The position numbers were made by a program, and so were the translations under genes. A model generated the notes under the pieces. That model made no database searches. It was not told where the DNA came from and was given only the letters and a program-made list of their open reading frames with translations. Below, in pieces: positions 1-9,203 of a DNA stretch of 62,789 nt. Positions within the stretch are counted from its first letter, which is position 1. Each line of letters opens with the position of its first letter. The stretch is from Rhizobiaceae bacterium. GTDB lineage: Bacteria > Pseudomonadota > Alphaproteobacteria > Rhizobiales > Rhizobiaceae. Location: contig JBFXFO010000002.1 of assembly GCA_050178915.1 (NCBI GenBank), forward strand, positions 1-62,789. Reading direction: 5' to 3'.

Positions 1-811
1 CCGAGATCTGCTCGATCAGCCGCGGATTGGTGATGTTCTCGACGAAGATCGCCGCCGCCTTCTGCTGCTTGACCTGCATGATCAGCGCGGCAACGTCCGC
101 CGCGGACGCCTCCGCATCGGTCGAGATGCCTTCCGGCGCGAGCATGCGCAGCCCGTAGGCCTTCTCGAAGTAGCCAAAGGCGTCATGCGAGGTGATGATC
201 ACGCGGCGCTCGGCGGGGATCGAAGCGATGGCGTCCTTCACCTCGGCCTCCACCGCATCGAGCCTGGCGATGTAGGCGGCGGCGTTGGCGCCGTATTCGC
301 GACAGCCGGCCGCATCGGCGGCACAGAAAGCCTGCGCGATGTTCTGCACGTAGATCTTGGCGTTGGCGACGGACTGGAACGCGTGCGGATCGGTGTCGCC
401 GTGATGGGGGTCATGGCCGTTCGCATCGTCGTGACCGGCATGATCCTCCTCGCCCTCTTCATGGGCGATGGCGATTGGTTCGATGCCTTTGCTGAGTTCG
501 GCGATGGTCGCGTGCGTTCCGCTGGCCTCGACAAGGCGGCCGAGGAATCCCTCGAAATGCAGGCCGTTGACCAGCACGACATCGGCCTGTGACACCGCGA
601 CAACGGCGGCGGGCTTCGGCTCGTAGACATGCGCGTCGCCATTCGGCCCGACCAGCGTCGTGAGCGCGATGCGCTCGCCACCGACCTGTTTCGCGAAGTC
701 GCCGATGATGGAGAAGCTGGCCACCACCTTGATGGGTTCAGCCATCGCCGCGAAACCTGATCCGAATGTTATAACAGTCAAAATGGCGGCAAGCCGAAGC
801 GTTGAGTGCAT
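1..811 (-). CDS. znuA: Metal (Zn-type) ABC transporter substrate-binding protein, ZnuA/TroA family; 3' end cut by window edge
   Basis: Absent from the ORF track because it runs off the window. My minus-strand translation from ATG 811..809 reads MHSTLRLAAILTVITFGSGFAAMAEPIKVVASFSIIGDFAKQVGGERIALTTLVGPNGDAHVYEPKP... This is a signal peptide followed by a cluster-9 SBP. It carries a His/Asp/Glu-rich loop, HEEGEEDHAGHDDANGHDPHHGDTDPH (nt 383..463), typical of ZnuA. It lies directly downstream of the permease gene. Confidence 0.8.
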   Translation of the reverse strand, partial: MHSTLRLAAILTVITFGSGFAAMAEPIKVVASFSIIGDFAKQVGGERIALTTLVGPNGDAHVYEPKPAAVVAVSQADVVLVNGLHFEGFLGRLVEASGTHATIAELSKGIEPIAIAHEEGEEDHAGHDDANGHDPHHGDTDPHAFQSVANAKIYVQNIAQAFCAADAAGCREYGANAAAYIARLDAVEAEVKDAIASIPAERRVIITSHDAFGYFEKAYGLRMLAPEGISTDAEASAADVAALIMQVKQQKAAAIFVENITNPRLIEQIS

Positions 812-826
812 TGGCGCGGTTCCTTC

Positions 827-1693
827 TCAGGCGGTTCGGTGGCGGTGCCGGCCGCTGCGCATCACGAGCACGCCGCGTGTTCCGACAAGGATGGAGGCGA
901 GATAGACGACACCTGCCGACAGCACGATCGCCGGGCCGGAGGGCAGTGACGCGTGATAGGAGATGAGCAGCCCGGAAACCGAGGCGGCGATGCCGATCAG
1001 CGTCGCCAGCACGCACATCGTCTCGACGCGGACCGTCCAGAAGCGCGCGGCGGCGGCGGGCAGCATCATGATGCCGACCGACAGCAGCGTGCCCAGTGCC
1101 TGGAAGCCGCCGACAAGGTTGATGACGACCAGGCCGAGGAAGATGAAATGCACCGGCGTGCCGAGCCGGCTCACCGAGCGCAGGAACAGCGGGTCGAGGC
1201 ACTCGGCGACCAGCGCACGCCAGAAGATCGCCAGCGCCAGCAGCGTGAGGCCGGCGATTGAGGCGATCAGCTTCAGCGCCTCGTCATTCAGCGCCAGCAC
1301 CGTGCCGAACAGCACATGCATGAGGTCGACGCTTGAGCCGCGCATCGACACGATCAGCACGCCGATGGCGAGCGAGATGAGATAGAAGGCGGCAAGCGAG
1401 GCATCCTCGCGCTGGATGGTGAAGCGCGACACCGCGCCTGCGCCCAGCGCGACAACGACGCCGGCGACAAGGCCGCCGAGCGTCATCGGCACGATCTCCA
1501 GGCCGTAGAGCAGGAAGCCGACCGCCGCCCCGGGCAGGATGGCATGCGCCATCGCATCGCCCGTCAGGCTCATGCGTCTCAGCATGAGGAACACGCCGAC
1601 CGGGCAGGCGCCGAGCGCCAACATGACCGAGCCGGCCAGTGCCCGCTGCATGAAGGCGAAATCGACGAACGGCGCGATCAGGAACTCGTACAT
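827..1693 (-). CDS. znuB: Metal ABC transporter permease (ZnuB/MntB family)
   Basis: ORF 827..1696 translates to MMYEFLIAPFVDFAFMQRALAGSVMLALGACPVGVFLMLRRMSLTGDAMAHAILPGAAVGFLL..., typical of ABC-3 family permeases. ATG 1693 overlaps the upstream ATPase stop (TGATG). Confidence 0.9.
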   Translation of the reverse strand: MYEFLIAPFVDFAFMQRALAGSVMLALGACPVGVFLMLRRMSLTGDAMAHAILPGAAVGFLLYGLEIVPMTLGGLVAGVVVALGAGAVSRFTIQREDASLAAFYLISLAIGVLIVSMRGSSVDLMHVLFGTVLALNDEALKLIASIAGLTLLALAIFWRALVAECLDPLFLRSVSRLGTPVHFIFLGLVVINLVGGFQALGTLLSVGIMMLPAAAARFWTVRVETMCVLATLIGIAASVSGLLISYHASLPSGPAIVLSAGVVYLASILVGTRGVLVMRSGRHRHRTA

Positions 1694-2523
1694 CACGCCG
1701 CCCTGGGTCCATGTCCGGCATGGCCGTGGTCGTGGCCGTGTTCGTGATGGTGATGGCCGTCGCCGTGCGCGTGGTCATGCCCCGCAAGCGGCTCGGGTTC
1801 GCACCAGGGCGCGTCGTCATGCCAGGCTTCGTCGAAGCGGCGGGCGCGCAGCAGGTTCTCCGGTCGCAGCGTCTCGCCCGTCGGACCCCACGCGACCGGC
1901 TGGCGGGCCAGCAGCAGCGTCTCGGGGAAATGCGCCCGCACCAGATCGAGATCGTGCGCCACCACCAGGACGGTGCGCTGTTCGCCATGCCAGCGCTTGA
2001 TGAGCAGGATCAGGTCGGCGACGGTCTTGGAATCGATGGCGTTGAACGGCTCGTCGAGCAGGATCAGCTCGGCATCCTGAACCAGCACGCGTGCAAACAG
2101 CGCGCGCTGCAACTGCCCGCCGGAGAGCGTGTCGAGCGGCCGCCGCTCGAAACCGGCGAGCCCCACGGCCTGCAGGGAATGCTCGACGCGCTGGCGGTCG
2201 TCGGCGCTGCGGCGGCCGAGCAGGCCGCGGCGGGGCCAGAGGCCGAGCGAGACGAGGTCGCTTACCTGCGCCGGAAAGCTGCGGTCGAGTTCGGATTGCT
2301 GCGGCAGATAGGCCGTGCGCACGCCCGACGCGACCGAGATGGCGCCCGCCATGGGCCTGAGCACGCCGACGATGCCCTTGAGCAGCGTTGACTTGCCCGA
2401 CCCGTTGGCGCCGACCACGGCGGTTAGCGCGCCCGACGCCACCGTGCCCGACAGATGGTGGACGGCCGCGTGGTTGTCGTAGCCGAGCGTCAGATCGCGA
2501 AAGGTGAGGCAGGCTTGCGGCAT
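1693..2523 (-). CDS. znuC: Metal ABC transporter ATP-binding protein (ZnuC-like) with His-rich C-terminal tail
   Basis: Walker A GANGSGKST, signature LSGGQLQR, Walker B ILLDEP. The C-terminal tail is GHDHAHGDGHHHHEHGHDHGHAGHG (nt 1711..1779). Confidence 0.9.
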   Translation of the reverse strand: MPQACLTFRDLTLGYDNHAAVHHLSGTVASGALTAVVGANGSGKSTLLKGIVGVLRPMAGAISVASGVRTAYLPQQSELDRSFPAQVSDLVSLGLWPRRGLLGRRSADDRQRVEHSLQAVGLAGFERRPLDTLSGGQLQRALFARVLVQDAELILLDEPFNAIDSKTVADLILLIKRWHGEQRTVLVVAHDLDLVRAHFPETLLLARQPVAWGPTGETLRPENLLRARRFDEAWHDDAPWCEPEPLAGHDHAHGDGHHHHEHGHDHGHAGHGPRAA

Positions 2524-2596
2524 TCAGGTTGCTTGCTTTCAGGCGACCTGCGCGTGCGGTTCACGCGACCAGATCGTCCCGGTTTCGATCGGGGTT

Positions 2597-2613
2597 ATGT
2601 AATACTATTACAT
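2597..2613. promoter_or_regulatory. Candidate Fur-family (Zur-like) operator: 17-bp perfect palindrome ATGTAATAcTATTACAT
   Basis: AT-rich perfect inverted repeat in a GC-rich divergent intergenic region, 74 nt upstream of the znuC start. The GTAAT...ATTAC core resembles Zur/Fur-type boxes. Confidence 0.45.
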
Positions 2614-2711
2614 CGGCGTCAACCGACCCTTGGCCCAATGGCCGGCGCGGCCCTTGTCATTGTCGTGACCGTCCGCCGGGCTATGAAGCCGAAAGGGCAG
2701 CAGGAGCCGTG

Positions 2712-3833
2712 ATGAACGACATCGTCACCGACATTGCGATCGTGGGGGCGGGCATTGCCGGCGCCGGCCTTGCCGCGGACCTGGCTGGCGATTTCGGTGT
2801 CGTGCTGCTGGAGCAGGAGGAGCGCCCCGGCCATCATTCGACCGGCCGCTCGGCAGCAATCTTCATCCAGAATTACGGCCCCCCCACGATCCGCGCGCTA
2901 ACGCGCGCCAGCCTGCCGCTCTACCTCGACCGCGATACCGCACTGTTTCCGGAACCTTTGCTGAAACAGCGCGGCGTTCTCAACGTCAGCGACACCGAGG
3001 GCCTGCCGGCGTTTCGTGCGCTGCTGGCCGAGGCGGAAGGCATCCACCAGATCGGCATCGACGAGGCGTTGAAGATGGCGCCTGCCTTGCGACGCGACTG
3101 GCTCGTCGCAGCCGCCTATGAGGCCGACGCGCAGGACATCGACGTGGCGGCGCTGCATCAGGGCTTCTTGCGCAAGGCCAGCATGTGTGGCGCACGTCTG
3201 CTGACACGCGCCGGGCTGACGCGCGCGACGCGCAGCGGCGGTCGCTGGCGCATCGAAACCCCGGCCGGAACCGTGACCGCCGACGTGCTGGTCGACGCCG
3301 CGGGCGCCTGGGCCGACCAGGTTGCGCAGGCGAGCGGCGTGGCGCGCGTCGGCATCCAGCCGAAGCGACGCTCCATGGCGGTCGTGCCGGCGCCGGCCGG
3401 CATCGACGTCAATCGCTGGCCGCTGCTCAACGACGTGCGCGAACGCTGGTACGCGAAGCCCGAAGCGGGGCGTCTTCTCGTCTCTCCGGGCGACGAGGAT
3501 CCGGTCGAGCCGCATGACGCGTGGCCGGACGACATGGTGCTGGCCGAAGGGCTCGACCGTTTCGAGCAGGCGGTCGACATTCCGGTGACGCGCGTCGAAC
3601 GCAGCTGGGCCGGGCTGCGGTGCTTCGCGCCAGACAAGACGCCGGTCGTGGGCTTCGATCCGGCGGCTGAGGGATTTTTCTGGCTCGCGGGGCAGGGCGG
3701 TTACGGAATTCAGACCGCTCTGGCCTTGTCGCGGCTGGCCGGACAGTTGATAAGACGCACCGCGATCGAAGGCGAGCTGGCACAGACCGTCGCTCCGCTT
3801 TCGCCCGCCCGTTTCCGCGCCGCCGGCGCATGA
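2712..3833 (+). CDS. FAD-dependent oxidoreductase (DAO family; glycine/D-amino-acid oxidase-like)
   Basis: N-terminal dinucleotide fold DIAIVGAGIAGAGLA...LLEQEERPGHHSTGRSAA. I placed the start at the internal ATG 2712 of ORF 2529..3833, where the Rossmann motif begins. Confidence 0.85.
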   Translation: MNDIVTDIAIVGAGIAGAGLAADLAGDFGVVLLEQEERPGHHSTGRSAAIFIQNYGPPTIRALTRASLPLYLDRDTALFPEPLLKQRGVLNVSDTEGLPAFRALLAEAEGIHQIGIDEALKMAPALRRDWLVAAAYEADAQDIDVAALHQGFLRKASMCGARLLTRAGLTRATRSGGRWRIETPAGTVTADVLVDAAGAWADQVAQASGVARVGIQPKRRSMAVVPAPAGIDVNRWPLLNDVRERWYAKPEAGRLLVSPGDEDPVEPHDAWPDDMVLAEGLDRFEQAVDIPVTRVERSWAGLRCFAPDKTPVVGFDPAAEGFFWLAGQGGYGIQTALALSRLAGQLIRRTAIEGELAQTVAPLSPARFRAAGA

Positions 3834-3848
3834 CCAGGAGAGATCAGT

Positions 3849-4193
3849 ATGAGCATTCGCCGCATTGAGGCAGGCCCACGCATGAGCCAGGCCGTTATCC
3901 ACGGCAACACGGTGTACCTGGCGGGCCAGGTCGGCACCGCGGGCAAGAGCGTTGCCGAGCAGACCAAGGAAGTGCTCGACAAGATCGATGCGCTGCTGGC
4001 CCAGAGCGGTTCCTCCAAGTCGAAGCTGCTGCAGGCTGTCATCTGGCTGGCCGACATGAAGGACTTCGCCGAGATGAACGCAGTGTGGGACAAGTGGGTG
4101 GACAGCCCGAATGCCCCGGCCCGCGCCACCGGCGAGGCCAAGCTCGCCGCGCCGGGCTATCTCGTCGAGATCATCATCATCGCGGCGATCTGA
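3849..4193 (+). CDS. RidA/YjgF/UK114 family protein (reactive imine/enamine deaminase-like)
   Basis: 114 aa: ...VIHGNTVYLAGQVG...QTKEVLDKIDALLAQSGSSKSKLLQAVIWLADMKDFAEMNAVWDKW...ARATGEAKLAAPGYLVEIIIIA. Typical RidA-family length and motifs. It starts 15 nt after the oxidase gene. Confidence 0.85.
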   Translation: MSIRRIEAGPRMSQAVIHGNTVYLAGQVGTAGKSVAEQTKEVLDKIDALLAQSGSSKSKLLQAVIWLADMKDFAEMNAVWDKWVDSPNAPARATGEAKLAAPGYLVEIIIIAAI

Positions 4194-4210
4194 CGTCGCG
4201 ACCGGACCAG

Positions 4211-4238
4211 GCCTTGCCCGCGGCGACGCGGGCAAGGC
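4211..4238 (+). terminator. GC-rich hairpin (12-bp perfect stem, GCGA loop) downstream of the RidA-family gene
   Basis: GCCTTGCCCGCG-gcga-CGCGGGCAAGGC, 18 nt after the stop codon. There is no U-tract, so intrinsic termination is plausible but not certain. Confidence 0.5.
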
Positions 4239-4414
4239 TGCGACAACCAGTGATGCCGAAGAACGTGCCGGTTTCCCGCATCGGTAACAACTGATTCCGG
4301 ATTTGGGGCTAGACTAGGCTCCGCGTCGATCCGGGCATGATGCCCCCAAAAACACGATCAGACGAACGCTCAGCCGGGCCTGATGCCCCTGAAGCCGTCG
4401 AGGTGGGGCCTGCC

Positions 4415-5737
4415 TTGCTCAATCGCTTTTTCCGCGACCGCCGCGGAAACTTCGCCATCATGCTCGTCGCTGCATGCCGGCCATGGCCGCCGCCGTCGCC
4501 TTTGCCGTCGATGTGACAAATCTCATGTCTTCGCGCGCCACGTTGTGCAACGCGCTCGACAGCGCGATTCTGGCAGCGTCGCATCTGAAGGATGCCAGCG
4601 TCGACCGCGAGAAGACCTTCCAGGCCTTCTTCGCCGCCAACATCGCTGGCAAGGGCGACTTGATGAACGCGGTCGCGAAGCTGACCGTCGTGAACACGGC
4701 CACCGCCATCAAGACAACAGGCGTGGCGACCGCGGACGTCAGGCTGAACTTCCCGTGGCTGTTCGGCGCCAAGAGGAAAGTCTTGGCCGACGCGGAGGCG
4801 TATGAAGCGAATGACGAGCTCGAGGTCGTGCTGGTGCTCGACAACACCGGCTCGATGGCGGGCGCGCGCATCGGCGCGCTGCGCACCGCTGCGACCTCGC
4901 TGGTGAACATGCTGGAAGCCGTGCGCAGCTCGACGCGCGAGGTGCGTGTGGCGCCGGAATACGCCAAGCCCGAAACGCTGTTCGTGCCGTATCTCGCACC
5001 GGACGAGCCGGGGGCGGCGCGCTCGCCCTCGTCGGCCTATGGCAACTCGGGCGACCGGCTTCAACAATTCCTACCTCGACGACATGGTCACCGGCGCCGA
5101 CATGGATGTCATCTGCTCGTCCGCAAAATACACCTCGTCCACGGCCAAGCTGATAAACGAGGTCGGGCCGCTGACCGTCGGCCCGAACCGCGCCTGCCCG
5201 ACGCCGGTGGTGCCGCTCACCAACGACTTCGCCAAGCTGCGCAAGGCGGTCTCGGCGATGAAGGAATGGAACGGCTCCGGCACCAACGTGTCGGAAGGCC
5301 TTGCATGGGGCATGCGCGTGCTGTCGCCGGGCGCGCCATACACGCAGGGCAAGCCGTTCAAGAGCAAGGGCGTCACCAAGGTCGTGGTGCTGCTGACCGA
5401 CGGCGAGAACGTCGTCTATGGCGCCAGCAGCATGGCCACGCGCTCCGACTACGGTTCCTACGGCTTCATGGCGTCGAACCGCTTCGGCAGCCTCAACCAG
5501 GCAACTGCTGCCCGCAACGTCGATGGCTGGGTGCGCAATGTCTGCGACGACCTGAAGCGGCAGGAAGTGCAGATCTACACTGTGCTGCTGCAGGCCGACA
5601 CGGCTGCCAACCGCACGCTCTACACTGCCTGTGCCTCGTCGCCGAACAACTATTACCCGACCAACGACGTCAGCCAGCTGGATGGCGTGTTCCGCACCAT
5701 TGGTCTGGCCATCGCGAAGCTGCAGCTGACCCACTGA
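4415..5737 (+). pseudogene. TadG-like Flp-pilus-associated vWA-domain protein, disrupted by two frameshifts
   Basis: The homologous protein is spread over three reading segments. (1) From TTG 4415 (or GTG 4403), LNRFFRDRRGNFAIMLVAA..., the Tad N-terminal motif, which stops at TGA 4514. (2) ORF 4474.., MPAMAAAVAFAVDV...ELEVVLVLDNTGSMAG (vWA MIDAS)...LFVPYLAPDEPG. (3) ORF 4946..5737, ...NNSYLDDMV...KVVVLLTDGENV...QIYTVLL...LDGVFRTIG. A single vWA domain is split between segments 2 and 3. Confidence 0.7.
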
Positions 5738-5822
5738 GGCTGCAGCTGCGGGCACCGGGCTCAGCCAGCGGTCCGCGTGACGGCCATGCGACCCCCGACA
5801 AGGTCAGCGCATCGTTCGACGG

Positions 5823-6542
5823 CTAGGAATCGCTCGGCGTAAAACGGGCCACGACGCGATGGCGGTCGGCCGGATAGGTCAGGCGCACATGCGTCACCGG
5901 CCTGCCGTCGCTCCAGGTGCGTCGCTCGATGACGAGGCACGGCGAACCGGCCTGTATGGCGAGAAGCCGCGCCGTTTCGGCATCGGCCGCCGCCGCGCTG
6001 ATCGCGTGCTCCGCCGCGCTCCACGGCACGCGGCCCAGCAGCCACGGCCCCGGTGCATGTTCGGTGAAGGGCTCGGCCTCGGCCTCCGGCACCGTCTCCA
6101 GCGCGATGAGACGCTCTTCCAGGCAAAACGGCTCGGCTGCCGCGAAATGGCGGCAGGCGAGTTCGAGCAGCGCCGACCCCGTGGGCGCCGCGATGCGCTC
6201 GCGGTCGCCGCGCGTGGCGGTGCGGCGGCGGCGCGATACCAGCTCGTAGCGATAGGGCAGGCCAAGATCGCGCACTTCCGTCGCGATGTCGTGGATCTCG
6301 AGGATCGCCGCCTGCGACTGCGGCCGCCGCACGAAGCTGCCGGACTTGCGCCGCCGCTCGATCAGGCCGGCGCGCGCCAGCTGCGACAGCGCCTTGTTCA
6401 CGGTCATGCGCGAGCAGTCATACTCCTGCGTCAGCTCATGTTCGAACGGGATGCGGTGGCCAGGCGGCCATGCGCCCGAGACGATGCGTGCGCGAATGTC
6501 GGCGAGGATGCGCTGGTGGATCGGCAGGTCGGCGTCGCTCAT
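5823..6542 (-). CDS. hutC: Histidine utilization repressor HutC (GntR family, UTRA effector domain)
   Basis: [71 protein letters not shown]... The start ATG 6542 overlaps the hutF stop (ATGA). The 438-aa ORF in the track is an artefactual upstream extension through hutF. Confidence 0.9.
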   Translation of the reverse strand: MSDADLPIHQRILADIRARIVSGAWPPGHRIPFEHELTQEYDCSRMTVNKALSQLARAGLIERRRKSGSFVRRPQSQAAILEIHDIATEVRDLGLPYRYELVSRRRRTATRGDRERIAAPTGSALLELACRHFAAAEPFCLEERLIALETVPEAEAEPFTEHAPGPWLLGRVPWSAAEHAISAAAADAETARLLAIQAGSPCLVIERRTWSDGRPVTHVRLTYPADRHRVVARFTPSDS

Positions 6543-7894
6543 GCCGCCATCAGCCGTGCGATCGTGGCGCGGTAGCGCGCGGCAATCGTGTCGCGCTGGG
6601 CGTGCCGGCCGCCGCTCACCACCTTGCGACCACCGGCCCAGACACCGTCGACGGCATCGGCGCCGGCAAAGATCCAGCTGTCGAGAATGGCGTCGCCGGA
6701 CTTGCCGGTGAGCGAGACGTGGTCGTCGGCGAGTGCGACGAGATCGGCCGGCGCACCCTCGGCGATGGCCGGCGCAGCGACGCCGAGCGCCTGTGCGCCG
6801 CCCGCCACCGCGCGGTCGAACAGGTCGCGGCCGGTCGAGCCGCCGGGCGGGGCAACGACGTTGCGCTCGCGGCGCGCCAGCCGCTGCGAATATTCGAGCT
6901 GCCGCAATTCGTCCGGCACCCCGATCAGCACGTTGGAGTCGGAGCCGACGCCGAACCGGCCGCCGCGTTCCAGAAAGGCCGGGGCAGGGAAGGTGCCGTC
7001 GCCGAGATTGGCCTCGGTGACGGGGCAGAGCCCGGCCACCGCGCCCGAACGGGCGAGACCGGTGAGTTCTGGCAGCGTCATGTGGGTGGCGTGGATCAGG
7101 CACCAGCGCTGGTCGAGGCTGGCGTTCTCGAGCAGCCATTCGATCGGGCGCCTGCCCGACCAGGCAAGGCAGTCCTCCACTTCCTTCATCTGCTCGGCCG
7201 CATGGATATGGATCGGCGCCGCGCCGGCCAGCGCCGGCACCGCTGCGAGTTCGTCGGGCGTCACCGCGCGCAGCGAATGCGGGGCCACACCGACCAGCGC
7301 GCCGGGGAGTGAAGCGACAGCCCTGCGCGAGGCGTCCAGCAGGCGCGAGAAACGGTCGAGCCCATTGACGAAGCGGCGCTGCCCCTCGTTCGGCGCGGCC
7401 CCGCCGAAGGCCGAGCGGGCGTAGAGGACCGGCAGCAGCGTCAGCCCGATGCCGGTTGCCGACGCCGCGGCGGCGATGCGTTCGCCGAGCTCGGCGACGT
7501 TCGCATAGGGCTGCCCGTCGCGGTCGTGGTGCAGATAGTGGAACTCGCCGACGCGGCAGAAGCCGGCCTCGAGCATCTCGACGTAGAGCTGCGCTGCGAC
7601 CGCCTCGACATCGTCCGGCGTCATCGCCAGCGCGAAGCGGTACATCACGTCACGCCAGGTCCAGAACGTGTCGGCACCTGGACCCCGCGCCTCGGCCAGC
7701 CCGGCCATGCCGCGCTGGAAGGCATGGCTGTGCAGGTTCGGCATCGCGGGGACGAGGATCGCGACGCGCTCGTCGCCCGGCGCGGCAGCAACGCCCGTTT
7801 CGACAGTCCCGACGCGGCCGCTGTCCAGCGTCACCCGCACATCGCGCTGCCAGCCGGTCGGGGTGAGCGCGGTGCCGGCGTGGATCGTCGTCAT
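6539..7894 (-). CDS. hutF: Formimidoylglutamate deiminase HutF
   Basis: Amidohydrolase-fold protein with [22 protein letters not shown]... in a hut context. Start chosen at ATG 7894, which has GGAGGAG 9 nt upstream. The track ORF starts at GTG 7936. Confidence 0.85.
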   Translation of the reverse strand: MTTIHAGTALTPTGWQRDVRVTLDSGRVGTVETGVAAAPGDERVAILVPAMPNLHSHAFQRGMAGLAEARGPGADTFWTWRDVMYRFALAMTPDDVEAVAAQLYVEMLEAGFCRVGEFHYLHHDRDGQPYANVAELGERIAAAASATGIGLTLLPVLYARSAFGGAAPNEGQRRFVNGLDRFSRLLDASRRAVASLPGALVGVAPHSLRAVTPDELAAVPALAGAAPIHIHAAEQMKEVEDCLAWSGRRPIEWLLENASLDQRWCLIHATHMTLPELTGLARSGAVAGLCPVTEANLGDGTFPAPAFLERGGRFGVGSDSNVLIGVPDELRQLEYSQRLARRERNVVAPPGGSTGRDLFDRAVAGGAQALGVAAPAIAEGAPADLVALADDHVSLTGKSGDAILDSWIFAGADAVDGVWAGGRKVVSGGRHAQRDTIAARYRATIARLMAA

Positions 7895-7940
7895 TGCGGA
7901 AGGCTCCTCCGGCCAGTTTGGGTGGCTTGCGTTCACATTT

Positions 7941-7958
7941 ATTATGTATATACATAAT
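7941..7958. promoter_or_regulatory. Candidate HutC operator: 18-bp perfect palindrome ATTATGTATATACATAAT
   Basis: Sits in the 91-nt divergent hutF/hutI intergenic region. The core GTATATAC fits the HutC/GntR-subfamily GT-N-TA-N-AC type half-site arrangement. Confidence 0.65.
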
Positions 7959-7985
7959 GGTCAATCGCTGGGAGGCAATGCGACG

Positions 7986-9203
7986 ATGCCATCGGGTAAC
8001 GCAGCTCGCGTGTGGCGCAATGCGCGCATCGCGACCTTGCGCGCCGACATGCCGGGGCTTGGCCTGATCGAGAACGGCGCGATCATCAGTGCGGCAGGGC
8101 GCATCGTCTTCGTCGGGCCTGCGGCTGATCTGCCCGCCACGGCATCGGGGACGGAAACGGTCGATTGCGAAGGCAGGCTGATCACGCCCGGCCTCATCGA
8201 CTGCCACACGCATCTGGTCCACGCCGGCAACCGTGCCAGCGAGTTCGAGATGCGCTTGGCCGGTGCATCCTACGAAGAGGTTGCGAGGGCAGGCGGGGGC
8301 ATCGTCTCTTCGGTCAAGGCGCTGCGGGCAGCGAGCGAGGACGATCTGGTGCGCCAGACGCTGCCGCGCCTCGATGCGCTGATCGCGGAAGGCGTGACGA
8401 CGGTCGAGGTCAAGTCCGGCTACGGGCTCGATCTGGAGAACGAGTCGAAATCGCTGGCCGCGGCAAGGCGGCTCGGCGCCACGCGGCCGGTGACGATCAC
8501 CACCACCTTCCTCGGCGCGCATGCGATGCCGCCGGAGGCCGCTGGCGACAAGGATGCCTACATTGGGAAGGTCGCCGACGAGATGCTGCCGGCGATCGCC
8601 GCACGCGGCCTTGCCGATGCCGTCGACGGATTCTGCGAAGGCATCGCCTTTTCGCCGGAGCAGATGGCGCGCGTCTTCTCGGCGGCGAAGGCGCTCGGCC
8701 TGCCGGTAAAGCTGCACGCTGACCAGCTCTCCAACCTGCATGGCGCGGCACTGGCCGCCAGCTTCGGCGCGCTCTCGGCCGATCACCTTGAGTACACCGA
8801 CGAGGAGGGAGCGGCGGCGATGGCGAAGGCCGGCACGGTGGCCGTACTGCTGCCCGGCGCCTACTACTTCATCCGCGAGACGAAGAAGCCTCCGGTCGAA
8901 CTGTTCCGCCGTCACGGCGTGCACCTGGCGCTTGCCACCGACAGCAATCCCGGCACGTCGCCGCTCACCTCGCTGCTGCTCACGATGAACATGGCGGCGA
9001 CGCTGTTCCACATGACGGTGGACGAGTGCATCGCCGGTGTGACGCGCGAGGCGGCGCGCGCGCTCGGCCGGCTCGGCGATGTTGGCACGCTGGAGGCAGG
9101 CAAGTCCGCCGACCTCGCCATGTGGGACGTCGAGCGGCCGGCTGAACTCGTCTACCGCATGGGATTCAATCCGCTGCACCAGCGGGTGTGGAGGGGACAA
9201 TGA
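7986..9203 (+). CDS. hutI: Imidazolonepropionase HutI
   Basis: ...[44 protein letters not shown]...KLHADQLS...[11 protein letters not shown]. Start at ATG 7986, with GGGAGG about 10 nt upstream. Confidence 0.9.
   Translation: MPSGNAARVWRNARIATLRADMPGLGLIENGAIISAAGRIVFVGPAADLPATASGTETVDCEGRLITPGLIDCHTHLVHAGNRASEFEMRLAGASYEEVARAGGGIVSSVKALRAASEDDLVRQTLPRLDALIAEGVTTVEVKSGYGLDLENESKSLAAARRLGATRPVTITTTFLGAHAMPPEAAGDKDAYIGKVADEMLPAIAARGLADAVDGFCEGIAFSPEQMARVFSAAKALGLPVKLHADQLSNLHGAALAASFGALSADHLEYTDEEGAAAMAKAGTVAVLLPGAYYFIRETKKPPVELFRRHGVHLALATDSNPGTSPLTSLLLTMNMAATLFHMTVDECIAGVTREAARALGRLGDVGTLEAGKSADLAMWDVERPAELVYRMGFNPLHQRVWRGQ

Noticed and set aside
4330-4400. Near-repeat CCGGGCATGATGCCCC / CCGGGCCTGATGCCCC upstream of the TadG-like gene as an operator pair.
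   Set aside because: These are short, GC-rich and only partly palindromic, they sit next to a disrupted gene, and there is no regulator context. This is too weak to call.
5823-7139. Upstream-extended versions of real genes in the ORF track. Examples: hutC as 438 aa, ATPase 38984..40660 as 558 aa, M42 gene 34311..36395 as 694 aa, permeases 22204..23673 and 44321..45622, pepS 52321..53958.
   Set aside because: The N-terminal extensions read through neighbouring genes in another frame and are Arg/Pro-rich nonsense. Internal starts with an RBS or stop-start overlaps give proteins of canonical length.
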